IMG/VR virus record: IMGVR_UViG_3300021197_001584
Span: 15,472-79,471 of that record
From: a virus
Reading direction: 5' to 3' (one strand)
Length of the DNA: 64,000 bases
The position numbers and the translations under genes were made by a program. Shown in pieces: positions 27,509-38,500 of this stretch. Position 1 is the first letter of the stretch. Each line of letters opens with the position of its first letter. The notes under the pieces were generated by a model, which had not been told where the DNA came from, ran no database searches, and saw only the letters and a list, made by a program, of their open reading frames with translations.

Positions 27509-30265
27509 TTAGCTCCTTGGTTGTTTTACGATGTTACCAGCTGTGTAGGCCACTTCTGATACTTCAGGTAGATTTTCTACAGCGTCAGGAATTATAGTTG
27601 GGTCAGTAGCATTGACACTACTTCCTTTGACGATAAATGTCGAGTTTAGAACTGGCATCTTAAACTCTGCTGCTGGAACAACACCTGTTGCTGCGTCTTC
27701 TACATAAGACATTTTGCACAAAATCTCTGCTCTTTCGTCAAGAAGCTCGCTCGTCAACTCAACCCAAATTGGTTTGGACATGATTGATTCGCCATTACTG
27801 TTCTTTTCGTAGCCATGAAGTGCTTCGATCTTTTGGTTTGCGTGGAAAATCATCTCTGTTGCAACTTTTGTGTCAACTTCTTTTAAGATATCGGATTCGG
27901 CTTCGTGGATGTTGTTATTTGCAGCTCTCGATCTTGAATTAAACAAGGCCTTTGTTGCAAGTGGTAGTTTGCGCAACCTCTCAGGGCTGTAGTGTTTCGA
28001 CGACTTTAGTTTCTCATAAAAAGATCCTTTCTCGGTTAAATCGAATTGCTTTTTGCTTCTTTTTACTGAAACTTCGTTTGCAATAGAGAAACGCAACAGA
28101 GCTTGTTTCGTGTCTTTTGCATTAATCGATCGATCTGTTTTTGTTTCAATGTTTACGAATTCAGAGTTGTCTCCGAGATATTCTGACGACTCGCGATAGT
28201 CATCCCTCTTTTTGCTGATTTGATTGATTTTTAAAGCAATGGGTCTAAAGTTGAATTTGAAGCGACTCTTTTTGAATCTCGACTTTCTCATTGTTTTGCG
28301 TTTGCTTGTCGTCTTAGCTTTCATTGGCTTTCGGTTCAAACGAGGCATTGACCGAGATGAAACTTTACGTTCAGTTTTCTTGTGTTTTGATTCGATGAAT
28401 TTAATTGAAATACGATCAGTATCAATGTTAGAGATTGTTTTGGTCGACATTGGCTGTCCTTGAAAATGGAATGCCAATGGTGCGAGGAACATCATCTTGG
28501 TAGCCCCAAGATCCCTGAGTGCTTCGGAATCATTGTCGTCAATCATGAAAGTGTCATCAGATGAGACAGCCTTTGATGTATCGAAGAATCTTTCAATCTC
28601 TTGATCGGCTCTCGCTTCCATCTCTTCTCTTTCGAGAATTAGAATTTCTTTATTGTCAGTTTTACCAAGAACATCGTAAGATGATTCTACATTGCTGAAC
28701 TGGACAAGCTCTTCGAATGTCTTTGAGATGTTAATGATGTTGGGTGGATAACTGTAAGATGGGTTTCCTTTATTGAACTTCAACTCTTTCGGCGAAACAC
28801 CGAAACGAAGTGAAAGAAGGTTGTAGAGTTTTTGATAATCGTCAATAAATCTAAGACCATAGTTGCGTTTATAATTTGACAAATTGAAAGATGATTGTTT
28901 CGCTTCTTTCATTTCCATCAAATCTAATTGATCAATATCTTTAATCATTCCAATGTACTTGTAGTAGTCTCCAACATAGGCTGTCAGAACGTCAGGAATG
29001 ACCGCTGAAGGTCTTAATGAGTCTAAGGAGTCATTGTAGTTATTCGGAGAGTTGAGGCGTCTTACAACGTCTTTGAGGCCGTTTAGGTTTGTCTTCACAT
29101 TCAAGAGAAAACTCTCGATCAATTCTTGAGTCTTGTCAATAAATGTCATTTTGACTTCATAAACAAACTCTCCACGGTCTCCCTCGTTTTTTCCGGAATC
29201 AGTAAAGCTATAAGTTTTGATAAAGTCATCGTTTGCGACCTGCAATTCTTTCAAGTCAGCCATTGAGGCAACCATTTCTTTCGGCAACACGTCCTCTTTT
29301 GCGAACATGGGTGTTCCGAGATAATTTGTTTGTCGACGAAATCGAACTTGCCTTCTGTAAATCTCAACAGAGTTGATGACCATTGCATTTGCAACATCAA
29401 GAAACAGAGCGTCATCGAGTCCATAGATTTGCATTCCAAACTTTGTCTTTGACAAAACAAGATTCTTCATATCAATCGAGAAAACACCGAACAGATCGGC
29501 TTCTGAATTCAAAGAATAGTGAACATCAGAGATTATAGGTAAATCTTGGAACATCAAAGATGATCGGTTTGCCAAAGTTTTTGCTCTAAAGTCCACAATC
29601 TTTGAGTTCTTGACTCGCTCTCGAGTAAGTTCTAGACTGCCTTCACTAGGTTGGGGACCAGAGTACCAGTCGCTGTCGATTTGATGGACAGGTCCAGACC
29701 AAACTTCACGGTCTGATTTTCTAAATAAATTAGAGGTTTTTGGAATCACACCGCCTTCCATTACAATTTCAGAGACAACAGGGCCCATGTAATGCGATAG
29801 GAGGCCCGTGAGCTTGATGTGAAGGTAGTTTGACAACTCTTTGTGGTCAATGTAGGTGTAAGCAAACAAAGCCAGCTCAGAGGCATCCTTGGGCTTCACA
29901 ATGGATGCTTTTAATTTAAAGTGTTTATCGTCGATATCCTCAGATTTGTGAAGGTCGCCATATCCATAGACATGAAGCATGCTTCGATTATCCCAATTTG
30001 AGGACATCTTTAGTTTTGTTGGGTGAAGATTCTCACCAATTGTCAACTCATCTCTCATTTCAGGGTTCGATGTTGAAATCAATGCAATCTTCATGAAGCC
30101 GGATAAGAGAGGATCGTTCGACCAAATGAAGTTTGACTCGTCAAGTTCGTCGAGAGCAATCAAGTGAGAAACAACTCGAAACGATTTTTCATCGTGATCT
30201 TCGAGAGTTATCTTTTCAAAATAAACATTCGGCAATTTGCCAAGTCCAACATTCTCAATAGCCAT
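27509..30265 (-). CDS. Hypothetical virion protein
   Basis: About 918 aa; start moved to ATG 30265 (TAATG overlap); internal basic K/R-rich stretch. Confidence 0.55.
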   Translation of the reverse strand: MAIENVGLGKLPNVYFEKITLEDHDEKSFRVVSHLIALDELDESNFIWSNDPLLSGFMKIALISTSNPEMRDELTIGENLHPTKLKMSSNWDNRSMLHVYGYGDLHKSEDIDDKHFKLKASIVKPKDASELALFAYTYIDHKELSNYLHIKLTGLLSHYMGPVVSEIVMEGGVIPKTSNLFRKSDREVWSGPVHQIDSDWYSGPQPSEGSLELTRERVKNSKIVDFRAKTLANRSSLMFQDLPIISDVHYSLNSEADLFGVFSIDMKNLVLSKTKFGMQIYGLDDALFLDVANAMVINSVEIYRRQVRFRRQTNYLGTPMFAKEDVLPKEMVASMADLKELQVANDDFIKTYSFTDSGKNEGDRGEFVYEVKMTFIDKTQELIESFLLNVKTNLNGLKDVVRRLNSPNNYNDSLDSLRPSAVIPDVLTAYVGDYYKYIGMIKDIDQLDLMEMKEAKQSSFNLSNYKRNYGLRFIDDYQKLYNLLSLRFGVSPKELKFNKGNPSYSYPPNIINISKTFEELVQFSNVESSYDVLGKTDNKEILILEREEMEARADQEIERFFDTSKAVSSDDTFMIDDNDSEALRDLGATKMMFLAPLAFHFQGQPMSTKTISNIDTDRISIKFIESKHKKTERKVSSRSMPRLNRKPMKAKTTSKRKTMRKSRFKKSRFKFNFRPIALKINQISKKRDDYRESSEYLGDNSEFVNIETKTDRSINAKDTKQALLRFSIANEVSVKRSKKQFDLTEKGSFYEKLKSSKHYSPERLRKLPLATKALFNSRSRAANNNIHEAESDILKEVDTKVATEMIFHANQKIEALHGYEKNSNGESIMSKPIWVELTSELLDERAEILCKMSYVEDAATGVVPAAEFKMPVLNSTFIVKGSSVNATDPTIIPDAVENLPEVSEVAYTAGNIVKQPRS

Positions 30266-31236
30266 TAGCACTTCTCCACATCGGTGACACGAGTTCGATA
30301 GATATCGAAGTCATCACCTTGTTCATCTGGACACTCAACTTCAATGTCGAGAAGAATGTCTTCTTTCTTAAGTCTCGCAATTCCTTTACATAGATCAGAA
30401 TCTGGAATGTCATCGTCAAAAAAGATCGATAACCAATATTCTAGATAGCTCTTATCTATATCGATGAATGAATCTTCATCATTATTATCTACCAACATGT
30501 CGTTGACGATGTTTTTCGTACGAGGAGTCATTTTTAATGGGATTAGCTTTTCTTCGTCTTCAAAGATGAAGGCTTCGATCTCGAGACCTTCTTTGAATGT
30601 GAAGCCGTTCTTTTCGATGATTCGAGTGATTATTTGATCATCCATTACTTCAAGATAGGTTCCATCATCGAATACTCGAGAGGCTGGAACTGATGGAGAA
30701 ATCGCTTGACCTCGAACAGGTGAGTCATCTCTAATGTTGCGAACTTGCATTGTGTATTCTACTGTCATGTTGACTTGTGGAATCTGTCGGAGATAAGACC
30801 CTGATGCTTCATAAGTTGACTCAACCTCAAGTCGCTCTTCGTCTATGTTGTAATCAATCTCTCCGAGAATAGCTGTTAGGTGCCACGAGGATGCCTCTCT
30901 CTCTGTTCCATCACTTGTCCCAAGGGGCTCGGTTAGGTAATTGAGTTGCACATGAGAGAATGGCCGTGAGGAGTTGTCACCTTGTTCGAAGTTTGAGATT
31001 AGATTCTCTGGAGATGTTAGATCTCTCTGAGGTCTTAATCGGGGAGTCTCGTTGAGAATGCGATTTTTGATCCCATCTTGAGTTTCGGTTCCGCCAATAG
31101 CGGAGATGTCATAGACGATGTCGTCGTCAAAGAAGGCGTAATACTTTGGCATCAACTTCCCATTGGACAACAAGGAGCGTCCATAAGGTGTTAATTCGAT
31201 TTTGAGAACGTCTTGTTTTTTGTCAAAGAATGTCAT
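30265..31236 (-). CDS. Baseplate/tail structural protein
   Basis: LTPYGRSLLS...YYAFFDDDIVYD, same N-terminal motif family as 24526..25482. Confidence 0.6.
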   Translation of the reverse strand: MTFFDKKQDVLKIELTPYGRSLLSNGKLMPKYYAFFDDDIVYDISAIGGTETQDGIKNRILNETPRLRPQRDLTSPENLISNFEQGDNSSRPFSHVQLNYLTEPLGTSDGTEREASSWHLTAILGEIDYNIDEERLEVESTYEASGSYLRQIPQVNMTVEYTMQVRNIRDDSPVRGQAISPSVPASRVFDDGTYLEVMDDQIITRIIEKNGFTFKEGLEIEAFIFEDEEKLIPLKMTPRTKNIVNDMLVDNNDEDSFIDIDKSYLEYWLSIFFDDDIPDSDLCKGIARLKKEDILLDIEVECPDEQGDDFDIYRTRVTDVEKC

Positions 31237-34200
31237 TTCTTGGGCTTACCTTTTCCTCTTGCAATGTTGATGCCTCGGGCAGCAGCTCGAGTTTTCGAAA
31301 CTTCAAGAGGATTCTTCTTTTCAACTTTCTTGATCGTCTTCTGTCCCTTATCGTCATTTTCGATGTTCGCAAACGTTACTTCAGCATCTATTTTAACTAG
31401 TTCTACGAGAGAAAAGAAATCGTAAGGCCAGTTGTAAGTGATCCCCAAATCGTCACCAGTTTGACCTTGAGCGTTCTCAAGTTGTTCAGATGACGTGTCT
31501 TTAGTCGTTCCTTTCTTTGCCACGACCTTGTCGAAGTAATTTGTCTTTGCTCGTTTCTTTGCCTTGAAGATCATCCACTGAATGTTCGACGGGATTCCGT
31601 TTCCTTCAGCGTTATCGTCGAGAACACCATTCTTAACAACTGATCCGCCACCAAGAAGTTCATGAGCAAGCAACTCATGAGAGATTGTTGCTTCGGCTTC
31701 TTCCATTCTTGTTCCGATCTCTGGAGGAAGGTTTTGCCAAATGTCGGCAAGGTCTTGCTTTGTCAAGTTGTGCTTGAACTCAAAGACGTACATTGCGAAT
31801 GGATCAATTTCTTTGTATTTTACGAAGTCCATTGATGGAGGGAACACGTACTTTTGCATCTTCTTGACCATTTGATAAACAGAGTCTCCGGCTTTTGGTG
31901 TCTGTCCTGCTGTAAAGTTGCCGGGTGATGATTCCAACAAAGATGAATTGATGCAAGAATCGATGTCTTCTCGAGGAATTGAGAAGAATTGTCGAGTTCC
32001 ATCTTTCTCGATGAACGGAACGGCAACAACAGCTTCGGAGATCTGTTTAACATCGGCAACCTCTCCTAGTCGGACTGGGTCTTTTGAGAATCCGACAAGG
32101 TCCGCAAGAGACTTGATTTTGCTTCTTGCAGTGTCTACTGGTATGTTCAGAGCGTTTGTTAGCCAAGATTCCGGAATGTCTGTTATTTGCAAAGAAACGC
32201 TTTGATCTTTTCTTGGTAGAAATCCATATTGATGCCACATTCCTCTAGCTGCACTCTCAGCTGAATATAGAGGGCTGGACCCTACATAAGGTTTGCGAAG
32301 ATTAACATAGCTTCCAAAATCCAAAATAGGAGTTTCAAACTTTGTTTGAATAATCCATCTAGATTTAGAACTTTTTGTTTCAGAGGAGGCTACTTCTACA
32401 ACTCTCTCATCGACATTGTCTAATTTTATCTTCTTAATAGTTCCTTTTGCGAATAAATTTATGCTAGAATCAAGCTGCATAGCATTATAGTTTACCAGCG
32501 GCGGAGATTGAGGTGCGATGATGACCTTGGTCTCCGAGCTGTAAGCATCTGTCGTATAATTAGTGTTGGCCCACGGATCCCTCCATTGGTTGGAGTCAAG
32601 AGCAGTCATGTCATCTAGGTTTGGGTCGTTATTATCAGTACCGCCTTGTTCAACAACGCTGACGTCCAGGTCGACGAATCCAAGTTCCAACAAGTCCTTC
32701 CATTTACTGTTAGCATATGATGAAAACTTTCCGCTTGAGATGTATGGCTCGGCATCTCCGTCATTGGAGCCAGAATATCCAGTCAAATCTCTAAGTATTT
32801 CTCCATATCCTGGTTCCCAAAACCTAGTCATGTATGGAAACTGGGAGACTTCGTTAAGAATTTCATCTAGGCTATATTTTTTCGTCCTAGTCGCATAAAA
32901 AATTAAGTCACACCACGACTCTCCATGATAGTAAGGCGGTGTAAAAAGAAAATTGTAGCCGTGGCTTGGGCCTAGTGGAACGCCATTGGTTGATGTTCCG
33001 TAAGCATCTGTACCCCAAGCTGGTGGACCAAATGCTGTTGGTCTCGAGTACATTGTTAGATTTTCATTGCCATTGATTGTTTGTGGCGGATAAGCATCGT
33101 TTAAAGTGCCATTGATAGAATCTGTGGTTCTTGTCATTTTTACTCTAGCCAAGTAGTAATTACCAGAAACAGCATTTCCAAAATTTGGATCGCTGTTCTC
33201 AAGAGAGGATAGCGTCTTAAAATTTCCATCCATCATAAAGAAATTCGCTGTCTCTGCTAGAAAGTTGTTCATCTTCTTTTTGTAGAGAGAAATATCTCCT
33301 CCATTCCACTTTAGCTTCACTTCATTATCCGATAGCCCAAATGGATGTGTTTCTTGGACGCTCATGAAAACATCTTGCAAATACAATTCTGGTTCCAAAA
33401 GAGCTTCGAATGGAATTCGTCGAGAAAAGAAAGAATTCAACGTTCGAGGATCTGCGCCGATCAACCAACCTTGCAGGTTGGATCCAATGTTGAAAACATT
33501 TATTTCATCATAAACGGAACTCGCTCCCGCTTTACCATCTTGATCTACGTTGATTCGCGATGGATCATCTTCTGGTAGTACAATTGGATAGTCAACTGCA
33601 ACACCAGATTTGATTGTGTTGAATAAGATCCCCGGAGCAAATAGTGGCTCTAAAATTCCTTGTAGGCCGAGCTCTGGAATACCGGTGACACCAGCGTTAC
33701 CACTGATCTCAACATTTTTCTTGATAGAGTCGTAAAATTCTTGCGACAAGTCAACGGTTCTTTGAGCAGGGTAAAATCCATCGTAAGGGATGAATTTCTT
33801 TAACCCTTTGCACTTTAAGGTGAGGATTTTTTCTCTAGATAGATCTTTGTGATCACTCTTGACTAAGTCAAAGTGTTTTAAAAAATCGGTTGTAGATAGG
33901 ATTTGATAGAAATGATCTTGATTTTCCGTTGTCGAATCTTGACTCAAAGCACCAGATAACTCAAAGATCTCTTCTAGTTCTTCGGTAATTCCTTTGGTCA
34001 AATAGCGTTCTACATGGTTACTAATTCTGAATTCTGGAACTTTTCCGAAGCCTTTGCCTTTTAGCCTTAGTTCTTCAGCAAACTCTCCATAGGAGTCTCT
34101 GAATGGTGACTTATCTACACCTTGTTCATTCGATGCTATCTTGGCAGCATCCCAAGCAGGGATACCTTGAAATAACGATCCCGTTGGGATATGGGTCATT

Positions 34201-35456
34201 CCAGCCATTTCGTTGATAGTCATTCCTGTTGGTGAAACAACTGAATTAATTCCATTTATTGCATGTCTTCGAGAGTAAAAACATGACGCCGTTAGTGCAT
34301 TTTTCAAAGCATTTGAGGAAAGAGTGTCGTAAACTGGTCTAACGTAACCACTTAAGTAACTGTAGTACCCTCTGGAGAATTGAGAATAAGAATTTACCAA
34401 AATTCCAGAGCCTCCCTCAGATGGAGGAGGAGACAAAATGGTGTCTTCACCGGTGTTGTGGGCTCCAATCCTGTAGATAAGTGTTGGGCCGGTGTTACTG
34501 ATTAGTTCAAAGTTGGAGCCTTCTTCCCCGCCGATGTAGTACTCATAGACTCTATAATCATAAGATGTATTATACAGGTTATTGTAGGTTGATATTTGAT
34601 TATTGTAAATTTGATTTTCGGATGGTTCTTGCCTAGTGGTCCAATCCGACGCAACATCGAGAGGCCACATGGATTGAGAAGGAACTATTCCTGCAAATCC
34701 TGTATCGACATTTGTTTGGGTTCTATCTAACCTGTCTGCTCTCCAGAAAGTATTAACATAGTATTTTCTAATTCTTGTTTCGTCAAGGTAAGCGTATTGT
34801 TGTTTAGGGTAGATAGACTGTCGGTAAACGAACATGTTAAAAGAATCGATTGGTGAACCTTCGTCTTCAAGTCCACCGTCAAGATAGAGGTCTTTTAGTT
34901 GCTCGTAGTTCTCATCTGTCTCTGCAATTGTTTCGAAGTAATCGTTGATCTTGGAGTTTGCAAAGAATGCAGTTTCATTTCCAAACGATGTCTTAAGTTC
35001 GACGGATCGGTTTTGGAACTCGTTGGTTTTATTGTTGTAAACCTTCATTTCTCCAACAAGAGACACTGGCTTATACGAGTCAACTACAACTGGTTCGATA
35101 AACGATCTTGTGTTTCCAAATCTTCCGTCGTGCTCTTCTACGTATGTGAAAATGTTTGATTTTCTTTGGTATCTCGTTAAGTGATTTTCACCAGCTCGAA
35201 TTTGCTTCCATGTCGGGTACCCATAAGGGCCGTTGCGATGAAGGTTGAGTAAAATCATCGTAGATCTAGGATTGTGTCTAGTTAATGATGTTATGTTTGA
35301 ATTCGACTCGTTGCCTTCAATATAGCCGATTGTGCCATGCAGGTCGTATCCGATGTAATTACCTTCAATTCCATCTGAATTCATTGTTCCTGCGTCATTA
35401 GCAGTCGGGTCATAAATGCCAGAGTTCAATCCGACAAAATCTTTAAAAGTTGACAT
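31233..35456 (-). CDS. Large virion structural protein
   Basis: 1407 aa; late motif at 35476-35482; in the tail block. Confidence 0.6.
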   Translation of the reverse strand: MSTFKDFVGLNSGIYDPTANDAGTMNSDGIEGNYIGYDLHGTIGYIEGNESNSNITSLTRHNPRSTMILLNLHRNGPYGYPTWKQIRAGENHLTRYQRKSNIFTYVEEHDGRFGNTRSFIEPVVVDSYKPVSLVGEMKVYNNKTNEFQNRSVELKTSFGNETAFFANSKINDYFETIAETDENYEQLKDLYLDGGLEDEGSPIDSFNMFVYRQSIYPKQQYAYLDETRIRKYYVNTFWRADRLDRTQTNVDTGFAGIVPSQSMWPLDVASDWTTRQEPSENQIYNNQISTYNNLYNTSYDYRVYEYYIGGEEGSNFELISNTGPTLIYRIGAHNTGEDTILSPPPSEGGSGILVNSYSQFSRGYYSYLSGYVRPVYDTLSSNALKNALTASCFYSRRHAINGINSVVSPTGMTINEMAGMTHIPTGSLFQGIPAWDAAKIASNEQGVDKSPFRDSYGEFAEELRLKGKGFGKVPEFRISNHVERYLTKGITEELEEIFELSGALSQDSTTENQDHFYQILSTTDFLKHFDLVKSDHKDLSREKILTLKCKGLKKFIPYDGFYPAQRTVDLSQEFYDSIKKNVEISGNAGVTGIPELGLQGILEPLFAPGILFNTIKSGVAVDYPIVLPEDDPSRINVDQDGKAGASSVYDEINVFNIGSNLQGWLIGADPRTLNSFFSRRIPFEALLEPELYLQDVFMSVQETHPFGLSDNEVKLKWNGGDISLYKKKMNNFLAETANFFMMDGNFKTLSSLENSDPNFGNAVSGNYYLARVKMTRTTDSINGTLNDAYPPQTINGNENLTMYSRPTAFGPPAWGTDAYGTSTNGVPLGPSHGYNFLFTPPYYHGESWCDLIFYATRTKKYSLDEILNEVSQFPYMTRFWEPGYGEILRDLTGYSGSNDGDAEPYISSGKFSSYANSKWKDLLELGFVDLDVSVVEQGGTDNNDPNLDDMTALDSNQWRDPWANTNYTTDAYSSETKVIIAPQSPPLVNYNAMQLDSSINLFAKGTIKKIKLDNVDERVVEVASSETKSSKSRWIIQTKFETPILDFGSYVNLRKPYVGSSPLYSAESAARGMWHQYGFLPRKDQSVSLQITDIPESWLTNALNIPVDTARSKIKSLADLVGFSKDPVRLGEVADVKQISEAVVAVPFIEKDGTRQFFSIPREDIDSCINSSLLESSPGNFTAGQTPKAGDSVYQMVKKMQKYVFPPSMDFVKYKEIDPFAMYVFEFKHNLTKQDLADIWQNLPPEIGTRMEEAEATISHELLAHELLGGGSVVKNGVLDDNAEGNGIPSNIQWMIFKAKKRAKTNYFDKVVAKKGTTKDTSSEQLENAQGQTGDDLGITYNWPYDFFSLVELVKIDAEVTFANIENDDKGQKTIKKVEKKNPLEVSKTRAAARGINIARGKGKPKK

Positions 35457-35507
35457 TTGCTATCCTTTTTTCCTATAATTAGTTTCTTATTTCGAAACTT
35501 TTGTAAA

Positions 35508-38500
35508 TTATGGTGGGCTAACTTGGACCAGTGCTGCATCTTGAATAGTTAGTGTTATCTCATCAGTGTATGGGTTTCCGGCACTATCTGTGCATTGTTC
35601 AACAATAACTCGGAAAGAAACGCTGTCACCAGCAGAATATTCAACATTAGGTCTAGAATTTGTCGGGTCTATGCCATCGTCTTCCACGACGCCGTCCTCA
35701 TCGGTGGTGTATAACTGATAAGTTGCCGATGAAGCACAAGGCATGTTGGTGGCAACTGATGAGAATGTGAGATCATTATTCGCTTGAGTCTCAGTTATTA
35801 AGTTTGCAGAATTTATTGGCGTTGAAGATGAAGGATCTTTAAGAGTTATAGTTTGCGTTACACCGCCGTTGACTCTTGAACCATCACTGGTAATTGTCCT
35901 TGTTGCCCAACCTGATGTTCCATAATTCGGATATGAAACAGTTGATTCCAAAAGGGTGTTGTCGAGCGTAGCATTTTCGAAGATAATAGTAGAATCATCT
36001 TCAACGATAAGTCCAGTCCCAGTTGATCTAGATGTCAGAGTAAGGATTACTTGATCACTAGAGTTTGATGAATAGTAAATCTGACTAAACGAAGATGGAA
36101 CAGTTGCTTGTGGTCCAAATGTCTGACTTAAATTGAGTGTGGCATCACTCTCAGACAGTTCAAACTCTAGCGATCCATCGATGTTATCTGCTAAGTGAGA
36201 AGATGCCACATAACCAAATGTTGTTAAGTTTGCTTCCGCTTCAGAAACTTGATTTGCTCCCGGCGAAGAGCTTCCCGGAACCACCGTTGTTGTTTTAGAC
36301 TCCGCTGTTGATGTTGCTCGACCACCTGAACCATCATCGTCATAGAAAGTTACGTTACTAACTAATGTCGGCGCGGTCGTTGTTGCATTTGAAAATGAGT
36401 TTGAAATTGTGTCTTCAAAATAGCCACTACACATGTAAACCGTAGAATCGACCTGTGTAAAGACACCTGATGAATAATAAAGCGTGGGGAGCAGGTTGTT
36501 CCAAGGAGGAGCGGTGCTATCATTGCCTATAAAGACAGAGTCCACCTCAAGTCCCTGATAGGCATCAGCACATTGAATGTTTTGAGAAGAGAATGAGTGA
36601 TAAGACTGGTTTGCTTCTGCAATTGTGACCTCAAATGCTCCCGGTGTGGAGGAGAACGGAACCAACTCGATGATGTCATTTGGTGTTCTCGTGACAACAG
36701 TTGTTGCACCACCGGGCGTTGTTCTTTGCAAATAATTGATTTCAGACTCTAGAGTCGGTTCGCCAGTGCTAACATTTACCAGTGTTACTTCTTGATCTTC
36801 AATGTATCCAGATCTTTTTGTGGCATAATCAAAAATGGCACTATTGTCTGGATTGAAATAAAGAGTCGGCAATGACACTGATGACTCGAAGCTTCTTGGT
36901 TGACCATTTTCAACTAGGCTTTGTAAAGCCGACACAGTACTGCAACCAAGGTTATTAAAGGAAAATTGCAATGTTCCAATTTCTGAGAAATCCAAAATAG
37001 TTTGGCTTGTTGTTGAGTTTTCTTGAATGAACAGTGAAAAGTCTTCGTCGTCTGTAAACTGACCTGTACTGCCCCAAGTTACAAAGGGATCGGCAATCGG
37101 ATCCTGTGTGCAATCGTCGAGTTCTACCCCAAGACCATTAAACTTTATTGCTTCTTCATAACCATTGGTGGTCCCAATCAGTCCGTTCTTTGGAGCAGTG
37201 TTGATAATGTCTTGTTGTGGTGCATCATCGCCATTCAATGCATTGTGAATCCAAGAGTATTGAAAGTCGGTAGCAGGCATCGGTCGATGAAAATGATCAT
37301 TGTCTCTTCTTTCGTAAATACCGACAGTAGGGACTCCACTATCACTAAATTGCTCAGATGGGAATCTTGAAGTGTTTCGGTGTTGTTTGTGAAACGAGGG
37401 TTCTTCGTTATAAGTAATTTCTTCATTTGGATAATTTACAATCGGCGTGGCATGTTGAGGATCTAGTCCAAATTTAGCCGAATGTCTTGATCTTAAAGTT
37501 CTTAGGCCCTCTCTGTGGTTTGCATGGGACACGACTCTAATTTCGCCATCTTCACCGGAACCATTTAAGCGAACAGAGAGGTTTCTAAAATTCAAAGAGT
37601 TGTGAACAGAATATTGTTGAGTCGCAATGTCGAGATAACCAGACGAATTAATCTCGGGCCCGCCGGGTGCAGAAAATCTTGTGCGGATTACGTTGGCCGA
37701 CCCTGTTGAGCGGTCTTGTCTATCTATGATGTTTGTAATGCCGGGAACAAAATAAGAAGGGACGGAGGCAACATAGTCAACACCATCAATTGAATTGGAT
37801 GGGTTGATAAAGGAATTATTTGCGCCCAATAGAGCTATGTCGAAGTTGCCATAAATCCCATTGTTGAGAGGAACGATTGTGAATTGTGCCTCAGAATCAT
37901 TTTCAGCGGGAGCAAAATCTACGCCACCGGTTGAGTCTTGGGGATTCGAAAATGAATTACCAGTTCCTATCGCAACATTGAAATTTCCAAAAGAACCATT
38001 ACTATTTGGAGTTATTGTGAATTCGGCTTCAGAGCTATAAACTGCAGAGATAGGATCAGCACCATTTATTGAGTCACTTATCTCGTTGTTTGCAGATGGA
38101 AATGACGAGTAATTTGGATCCACGCTTATCGCGAAGTTCCCGTAAGTTCCATCGTTGATTGGCACAATTGAGAACTCTGCGTGGTAAACTATCGTACCAG
38201 CAGACGTGGGTGGTCCTGAGAAGGATGTTGATATTCTGTCGCTAGAGTTATCATAAACAGTGAGGTTTTCGCTGTTTGCTACCTTGTTGTGAATGGTGTC
38301 GCCGTTGGTGAAACCATCATTTGTTTCAGAAAATGTATAGAAAGCTTTTGCGTTAGCATATGTTGTTAAGTTGCTTAGGTTACTATAATCAAGCTGGTTG
38401 CCGTTATTGTAAATTTCATCGATTAAGTTTTGATTGCCACCGAAATAAGCATCAAAAATCATGAATTCATCTAAAATCGTTGTCTCGTTGGGCTGAGAAA

